A stretch of DNA of 64,000 nt, taken from Schizochytrium sp. TIO01 (lineage: Eukaryota > Protista > Bigyra: Labyrinthulomycetes). Below the pieces are notes generated by a model. The model made no database searches. It saw nothing but the letters and a program-made list of their open reading frames with translations, and had not been told where the DNA came from. The stretch is taken from contig SMSO01000005.1 in assembly GCA_004764695.1 (NCBI GenBank), forward strand, positions 1,550,001-1,614,000, given 5' to 3'. The translations under genes were made by a program, and so were the position numbers. How positions within the stretch are numbered: the stretch's first letter is position 1; each line of letters starts with the position of its first letter. Shown here in pieces: positions 56,501 to 64,000 of this stretch.

Positions 56501-59500
56501 TCAATTGTAGTGACCAAATGAATTATCAGACCCTTGCTGATATTTTCAAGGGTTTGAGTCAGTCAGGTGCTTGGGGTTGTTTCGATGAGTTCAACCGTAT
56601 CCCAGTTGAAGTACTCTCAGTCGTGGCCACACAGGTCAAACGATCTTAGATGCCGTCGTTCGATTTGCTGAACCAGCCAATCGCCCTGAGGAGCTTACAA
56701 GTCGCTACGGCGAGTTGGGGCTTACTCCGGGAACGCCGCCATGCAAGGTAGGCTACTTCGACTTCTTTGGGGATGAACTTTGCCTTGTACCTACCACTGG
56801 ATTCTTTATCACCATGAACCCTGGTTATGCTGGTCGAACAGAATTGCCGGAAAACCTCAAGGCTTTGTTTCGTTCTTGCGCAATGATCCGCCCTGACCTT
56901 GCTCTCATTTGTGAGAATATGCTCATGTCTGAAGGTTTTCAAAAGGCTAGAGGTCTTTCGGTAAAGTTTGTCACCTTGTACCAGTTGAGTTCTGAACTTC
57001 TTTCCCCCCAAGCACATTATGATTGGGGTCTGAGAGCAGTTAAGTCTGTTTTGCGGGTCGCAGGAATGCTCAAACGCAGCAACCCAGACATGGAAGAGGA
57101 GGCAGTTCTCATGCGCGCGCTTCGTGACTTCAACACTCCAAAGATTGTGGCAAATGACATGGATGTCTTTCTACGACTTGTGATGGACCTCTTTCCCAAA
57201 TACGCCGAGACTACCCCCAAGGTTATCAATGAGGTACTCAAAGAAACCACTAAAACTGTTTGCAAACAAGCATCGCCACCACTGCAGTCAGATGATCCTT
57301 TCGTGTCCAAGGTAATTCAATTTCAAGAGCTACTGGATGTTCGTCACTCAGTGATGCTTATTGGATGTGCTGGGTCTGGTAAGACTACAATCTGGAAGAC
57401 TCTTCTTCAGTGCCATAACCATCTTGGTAAACAGCGCACAGGTTCTGACAAGAAGGTAGCAGTTGCAGAGACCATAAACCCGAAGGCGGTCACCAGCGAC
57501 GAGCTCTACGGTTTCATGAGTCTTAGCAAGGACTGGAAAGACGGTGTGTTGTCCATTATCATGCGTGGAATGAGCAAGAACTACCGTGACCTCGGCTACC
57601 ACTCATATCAGACAAGCAAATGGATTGTTCTTGATGGTGACATTGATGCAGTCTGGATTGAGTCCATGAACACTGTAATGGATGACAACAAAGTGCTTAC
57701 CTTGGTCAGCAATGAGCGTATCCCTCTCAGTGACTCGATGCGGATGGTATTTGAGATCAATTCCTTGAAGAACGCGACTCCTGCAACAGTGTCCCGTGCC
57801 GGTATTCTCTACATCAACGAGACCGACATTGGCTGGCGTCCTTATGTGGAGTCCTGGGTGTCTACCATTCCGAACGAAGTCGCCAAGGACTTGATTCCTC
57901 GATTTTTTGACAAATATGTAGAGCGTATCACTGACTTTATGAAAGAGAACAAGCTGAGTTCAATTGTTCCTACCTACACTATGAGCTCCATTCAGACAGT
58001 TTGCAGCCTAGTTCGCGCTCTCATTGGACCATGGATGGCCCTTCCGGCTGTTGTTAGCGGTAATGTTGCTGGCAGTGGTGCGCAGACGTTGCTCGAACAT
58101 ATCTTTGCGTATGCTTGTGTTTGGGGTTTTGGTGGCAGTCTTGTGGCCGAAAAGGGTCTCGATGCTCGTAGTGTGTTTAGCAACGTTTTCCAGCAAACCT
58201 TCCCCGGTATTATTCCTATGGAGGATGGAAACACTGTCTTTGACTATTTTGTTGATGTTTCATCTGTCCGTGATCAACCTGAGGAAGCGTGGCATCACTG
58301 GCGGGAGCACGTTGAAGATTTTGTTGCCCCTTCTATGATTGGTAGTGGCCACGGCCAGACGCCATTCTCTGCGCTGTATGTTGAAACTGTGGACAATGTT
58401 CGTACTTCACGTCTTGTTGATATGCTTGCCTCTCAAGACAAGCCTGTGATGCTCGTTGGTGGTGCAGGAACTGGTAAGAGTGTCATGATGCAAGATTGGA
58501 TGCGTGAAATGGTTCAGAACAATGAAAATATGCTATCTACGCATATTGCAATGAACTACTTCACAGATTCTCGTGCATTCCAACGCCAAATTGAAGGTTC
58601 AGTCGACAAGCGCTCTGGCCACAGATTTGGTCCAGCTGGCAATAAGAAGCTTGTGTTCTTCGTAGATGACCTCAATCTGCCCTACGTTGAAGAATATGGA
58701 ACACAAAATGCACTCTCTTTGCTACGACAAATCATGAGCCACGGTACATTCTTTGATCGCAACGACCTTGGATTCCGTAAAGAAATTGTTGACGTGCGTT
58801 TTGTAGCTGCCATGAACCCATATGCAGGAAGTTTTACGATTTGTGAACGAGTGCAGCGATATTTCACAACTTTAGCATGTTCAATGCCTAGCCATGATGA
58901 CCTCAGTTCGATCTTCTTGTCTATCTTAGATGGTCATTTGCAGAGCTTCCCAGCGCCTGTTGAGGCTCTCTTAGGAACTTTAGTTCAGGCCACTATCTCC
59001 TTACATAACCGAGTCTGCGAGAAGTTCTTACCATCTGCAGTACGCTTTGTTTACAACTGGAACATGCGCGAGTATGCAAATATTTTCCAGGGTATTTGCA
59101 GGTCCAATGCTGAAGCAATTTCAACACCTTTGGATATGTGCCGTCTGTGGATGCACGAGTGCCGTCGTGTGTTTAGTGATCGTCTTATCGACGAGACTGA
59201 CCGCTCGAGATTCAATGATATCATGGTTGATGTCTCGAAGTCTTTCCCAATTGAGGACGCTGAGAAACTTCATGCATCTCCTTTAATCTTCACAAACTTC
59301 CCCATGTCTGGAGAGAGTGGCTGTGAGACTGATCCATATGTTGCTGCAGATAATTTTGATCAGTTAACTCGATGCATGGAGCATAGACTTGAAGAGTACA
59401 ATGAAATCTTTCCAACGATGGATTTGGTATTATTTGGAGATGCCGTGCGGCATGTCACTCGCATCGCACGAATCATTCAAAGTGCTGGAGGAAATGCTCT

Positions 59501-62500
59501 TCTTGTTGGAGTTGGTGGCTCCGGAAAGCAGTCTCTATCTCGATTAGCAGCCTTTATGAGCGGATTTCAGGTGAAGCAAATGCGTGCGACACCTGACTTC
59601 ACGACCTCAATGCTCATCGAGCAGCTCCAAGAGTTGTTCAAGACGACTGGTGTGAAGGGAATTCCAACTGCATGGATTATTAGTGATGCTCAAATTGTCC
59701 ATGAGGACTTTCTCGTGTACATTAATGATATTCTCTCGAATGGCTGGATCCCAGATCTGTTTGCCAAGGAGGACCTTCCGGGCATCCTGGATGGACTCAA
59801 GAACGAACTTCGCGCAAGTGGTCTTTCTGATACTCAGCAAGACAAGATTACTTTATTTGTTCGTCGCATCAAACAGTACTTACATGTAATTCTCTGCTTC
59901 TCACCTGTAGGAGAGACTCTACGTGTACGCGCTCGCCGCTTCCCGGGTCTAGTTAACAATACTGTTATCGATTGGTTTCATCCTTGGCCAGAAGACGCCT
60001 TGGTTAGCGTTGCCTTGAACTTCCTGAAGGATGTTGAGTTTCCAAACCAAGAAACGCGAGAAAACGTCGCATATCATATGTCTACGGTTCATTTGGAAGT
60101 AGTCAAGGCATCTACTCAGTACTTAACATCTGTACGGCGTTACAACTATGTCACTCCAAAGTCGTTCCTTGAGTTTATTTCGTTCTACAAGAAGCTCCTA
60201 TCCGAACAGCGTGTGCATGCTCGGGGTCAAGTACTTCGGTTGCAAAATGGCCTCGACGTTTTGCGTCGTACTTCTGTGAAGGTAGCAGACCTCCAGGAGG
60301 ACTTAAAGGTGACACTTGCCAATGTTGAAGAGAAGAAGGCTGCAAGCGAGATCCTCATGGAGCAAATTGGTGTTCAGCGCGCTGATGCTGAGAAGAAGCA
60401 AGAGGCTGCTGCTCTTGAGCAAGCAAAGGCTGAAGAAGCAACTCGCTTAGCGAAGGAGATTCAGGAATCCGCAAATCGCGAACTTGCCGAAGCAACGCCT
60501 GCCATGGAAGCAGCTGCAAAGGCTGTTGACTGTCTTGACAAGAAGGCTCTAACTGAGCTGAAGTCCCTTACCAAGCCCCCCGCTGGTGTTGATGAAGTCA
60601 CTAAAGCATGTTTGATGATGATCGAAGGCGAATTTAAAAATTTCAAGTGGGATCGCGCGAAGAAGATGATGGCAAACATTGATCAGTTTCAGAGTGCACT
60701 GAAGGAATTTGACGCTCAAAACATGGACGAAGGACTTGTAGCACGCCTTCAGCCAATTGTAGAGCTCCCTATCTTTACGTATGACCAAATGGTCAAAAAG
60801 AGTTTTGCTGCAGCAAACTTGTGCAATTGGGTGACCAATATTTACAGATACAACCGTATTTATGTAAAGGTGAAACCTCTAATGGATAAGCTGGAAGAAG
60901 CCAAACGGGATAAGGCAGACGCAGAGACGGAACTTGCCGAAGTTCAGCGTGTCGTACGAGAGGTCGAATACCGTCTTGATGACCTCAAGCAAACCTTTTT
61001 GCAGGCAACACAAGAGAAAATGGAAGTTGAAGAACTTGCCAACCAATGCATGACGAGATTAGACCTCGCAAACCGGCTCGTTAATGGTCTTGCTTCTGAG
61101 AATGAACGCTGGGCAATCGAAGTTGAGAAACTTCGAAAGGCAGAGGAACAGCTTATCGGCAATGTTCTTGTGTCATCTGCATTTGTTGGATACATTGGAT
61201 CGTTTGATGCGCCATTCCGGAAGAAGTTATGGAAGAACGAATGGCTTCGTGACCTCATGGAGCGCGAGCTACCTTGTGGGGATGAAGAGTCGATTGACCC
61301 GTTGTCTATCCTTTCAAGCGACTCTGATAATATTCAGATGATTGACGAAGGCTTGCCGGCTGACCGTATCTCACTTGAAAACGGAGCAATCATTACATCC
61401 TGCACTCGCTGGCCACTCATCATTGACCCTCAAGAGCAAGGTATTAAGTGGCTGAAACGTCGTTACGCTCGCAGTGCGGAGCAGGTGGTTTCCCAAACAG
61501 CCACAAAAAGGTCGTCTATGCTTGAACAGCAGCTCACTTCACGATCTGTTGTGTCAACCACCAGCGATGACGTCAAATCAGTTGCAGCGTCCGACAATGA
61601 GAAAGAGGACCGTGTATCTGTCGCGGCTTCTATCCACACTACTGACGAAGCAACTGATGAGTCCTCTTCTGGGGACTCCTTAGTTCCACCACGTATGACC
61701 CAGCTTTCTAAGAAGGGCTGGGAAGAGGATGTTGTTCAAGCTATTGAACAGGGCGAGGTGGTTCTGATTGAGAATATTGGCGAAGATATCGACGCGACTC
61801 TTGACCCCGTCTTGAGCCGAGCAATTATCCGTAAGGGACGAAATCAATTCATCCAATTTGCAGGGCGCGAGCTCGAATATGATGACAACTTTAAGCTGTT
61901 TCTCTTTACTAAGTTGTCTAATCCTCACTACCGCCCTGAGATTCAAGCTCAATGTACTCTGATTAACTTCATTGCAACTGAGAAGGGATTAGAGGACCAG
62001 CTCCTTGTTCGAGTTGTGCAAGCGGAACGCCCAGATAAGGAGGAAGAACAACAGCGTTTGATGAGTGACTTCAACAGATTCCGCATTAAATTGACAAGCC
62101 TTGAGGACGCTCTTTTGCAGAAACTGTCCAACGCCCCTCAAGATATTCTCTCGGATGTAAAATTGATTGAAGGATTAGAGGCAACAAAGGCAGAATCTCA
62201 GAAGATTAATGAGGCTGTTGCTTCAGGCCAGCGTGTCCTTCAAGATATTGCAAAGATCCGTGACTCATACCGCCCTGTTGCAGCTGAGGCGTCAATGTTA
62301 TACTTCCTGCTAACAAGCCTTGCGTCCGTAAACCACATGTACCAGTATTCGCTGGAGGCATTCATTCACTTTTTCAATAAGGCTATTGAAACTGCACCAT
62401 TTCCAAGTGCTCAAAGTTCGGGTGGGCAGGATGCCTTCCTTGACCCTGAAGTAGCCGCAAGTTCCGAGACAGCTTCAGATGGTGAAGGCTCCTCTGAAAC

Positions 62501-64000
62501 ACAAGGACAAACTGTTGCACCTGCAGCTAACTCTAGTGGCACTTCAGCCCCGTTACTTGATGAGAAATCAGTCAAACAGCGCGTACAAAACCTGCAAGAT
62601 ACCTTGCGCTTTACAATCTACAAGTTTGTATCTCGTGGACTCTTTGAAGCCCATAAGCAGCTATTCCTTGCTCAACTTACATTCCTGCTCATGCAGCGTG
62701 GACAACTCGAATGTAGTAGTGATTGGGACCCTGTAATGTTCGACTTTCTTCTGCGTATGCCCAAGGAAGAGGGTGAGGAAAACCCGCTTGATGACTGGTT
62801 ACCTGAGTCAGCATGGCAAGCAGTGCAAAGCCTGTCAAAGCTCGATGATTTCATGAACTTAAGCAATGACTTAATTGAGGCAGCTCCACGCTTCCGGGAC
62901 TGGGTATCTCATAACCACCCAGAAACGGAAAAATTGCCTCTGGACTGGGCTCATCTGGATCGTGCTCCCTTTCTCAAACTGTTGGTCATTCGCGCTCTGC
63001 GACCCGATCGTATGACATTTGCAATGAACAACTTTGTTCGAGTCAGTTTAACTGACGGCGCGAAGTTTGCTGATTGCGACTCCACGTTGAACTCATATAG
63101 CCTACTCTGCGAAGCTTACTCAGATGCATCTCCAGAAGTTCCTCTTTACTTTATCTTGAGTCCTGGTACAGATGTGCTTGCTGACTTGGATCGTCTTGCG
63201 ATGGATAATGGTAAAGAGAAGGGTAAGACATATCATAACGTGTCCCTGGGTCAAGGGCAAGACAAGGTTGCAGAAAAGCTCTTAAATGCTGCGATCAAAC
63301 AAGGTCACTGGGTTGTCTTGGCCAACGTTCACTTGATGCCACGCTGGTTACCCAGCCTAGAGAAGCTTCTAGATCAGTTTAAGGAAGCGAAGGATAGTCA
63401 TCCGGACTTTCGCCTATTCCTCAGCTCTGATCCTAGCAACCGCGTACCAATCGGAATTCTTGCTCGCAGTATCAAGCTCACAAACGAAGCTCCTACTGGG
63501 CTCAAGGCCAATCTTAAGAAGGCATTTTTGAGCTTTCCGAAGGTCTTTGTAGAGGAAGCTGACACAAAGACTAAGGCAATCCTCTTTGGTTTATGCTACT
63601 TCCACGCCGTAATGTCTGAGCGTAAGAAGTTCGGCCCAAGTGGCTTCAATATGGTCTATCCTTTCAACCTTGGTGATTTGCGCGATAGTGCTATCTGCGT
63701 CACAAGTACTATGGACAACAATACTACCGCGGGAACCCCATGGGAGGATATTCGATACCTTGTTGGTGAAATCCTTTATGGTGGTCACATTGTCAACGAC
63801 TTTGATCGCCTTCTTTCAATTACATTCTTGCGTCACATTCTTCGTGATGACCTTCTAGATGAAATGGAGCTCTTCCCGTTTGCGGAAGGCACCGGCTGCA
63901 GCTTTAAGGCTCCAGCACCTACAACCGTAGATCGATACATTGAGTATATTGAAGAGAACATTCAAAGTGAGAGTCCTGTTGCCTATGGTATGCATCCAAA
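50510..64000 (+). CDS. Axonemal outer-arm dynein heavy chain, beta type (ODA4/DNAH9-11-17-like); 3'-truncated; two apparent 1-nt frameshifts at ~55684 and ~56640
   Basis: Tail motifs LEGAVITW..QI, FLRLDSFLERCHD, VNFDPQL.ALLREVKYF and PRFYFVS. P-loops GPAGTGKT, GCAGSGKT, GGAGTGKS and GVGGSGKQ. Also CYVFNCSDQM, GAWGCFDEFNRI, ITMNPGYAGRTELPENLK, NPHYRPE and VSLGQGQ. The third segment stays in one frame from 56643 to the window end (ESPVAYGMHP). No N-terminal kelch region, which argues against the alpha type. Confidence 0.92.

Noticed and set aside
55679-56645. Programmed frameshifting or micro-introns explaining the dynein breaks
   Set aside because: No slippery heptamer or GT-AG pair is needed; a one-base insertion restores conserved sequence at each site.
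14429-64000. Flagellar/basal-body gene cluster (Sfi1-like, CDKL5, dynein heavy chain)
   Set aside because: The genes are separated by unrelated genes; three in 50 kb is plausible by chance in a flagellated protist.
1-64000. tRNA, rRNA, intact transposase/RT or viral hallmark genes
   Set aside because: None recognised by eye; tRNAscan-SE, Infernal and a repeat-library search would be needed to exclude them formally.

Overview
Eukaryotic nuclear DNA: intron-poor genes (only two small GT-AG introns found), long microsatellite-rich intergenic spacers and flagellar genes. This overall pattern suggests a stramenopile, probably a thraustochytrid/labyrinthulomycete (inference only). I identify 13 protein-coding genes, in order: a 5'-truncated kinase-like/NACHT/ankyrin NLR-like protein; a tryptophan-2,3-dioxygenase-like + kynureninase-like fusion; a divergent E2F-like protein; an Sfi1-like repeat protein; RMI1; a spliced DPM2 missed by the ORF track; a CDKL5-like kinase; a WW-MyTH4-FERM protein; a spliced Qc-SNARE; an FGGY gluconokinase-like kinase; a PRL/PTP4A phosphatase; a PP4-like phosphatase; and a 3'-truncated outer-arm beta-type dynein heavy chain broken by two 1-nt homopolymer frameshifts. 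The best novelty candidates are the TDO-kynureninase fusion (with an apparent internal pseudo-dimer of TDO repeats), the kinase-NACHT-ankyrin receptor beside it, and an E2F that has lost its RRxYD DNA-recognition motif. All family calls come from motif recognition by eye; no database searches were run.
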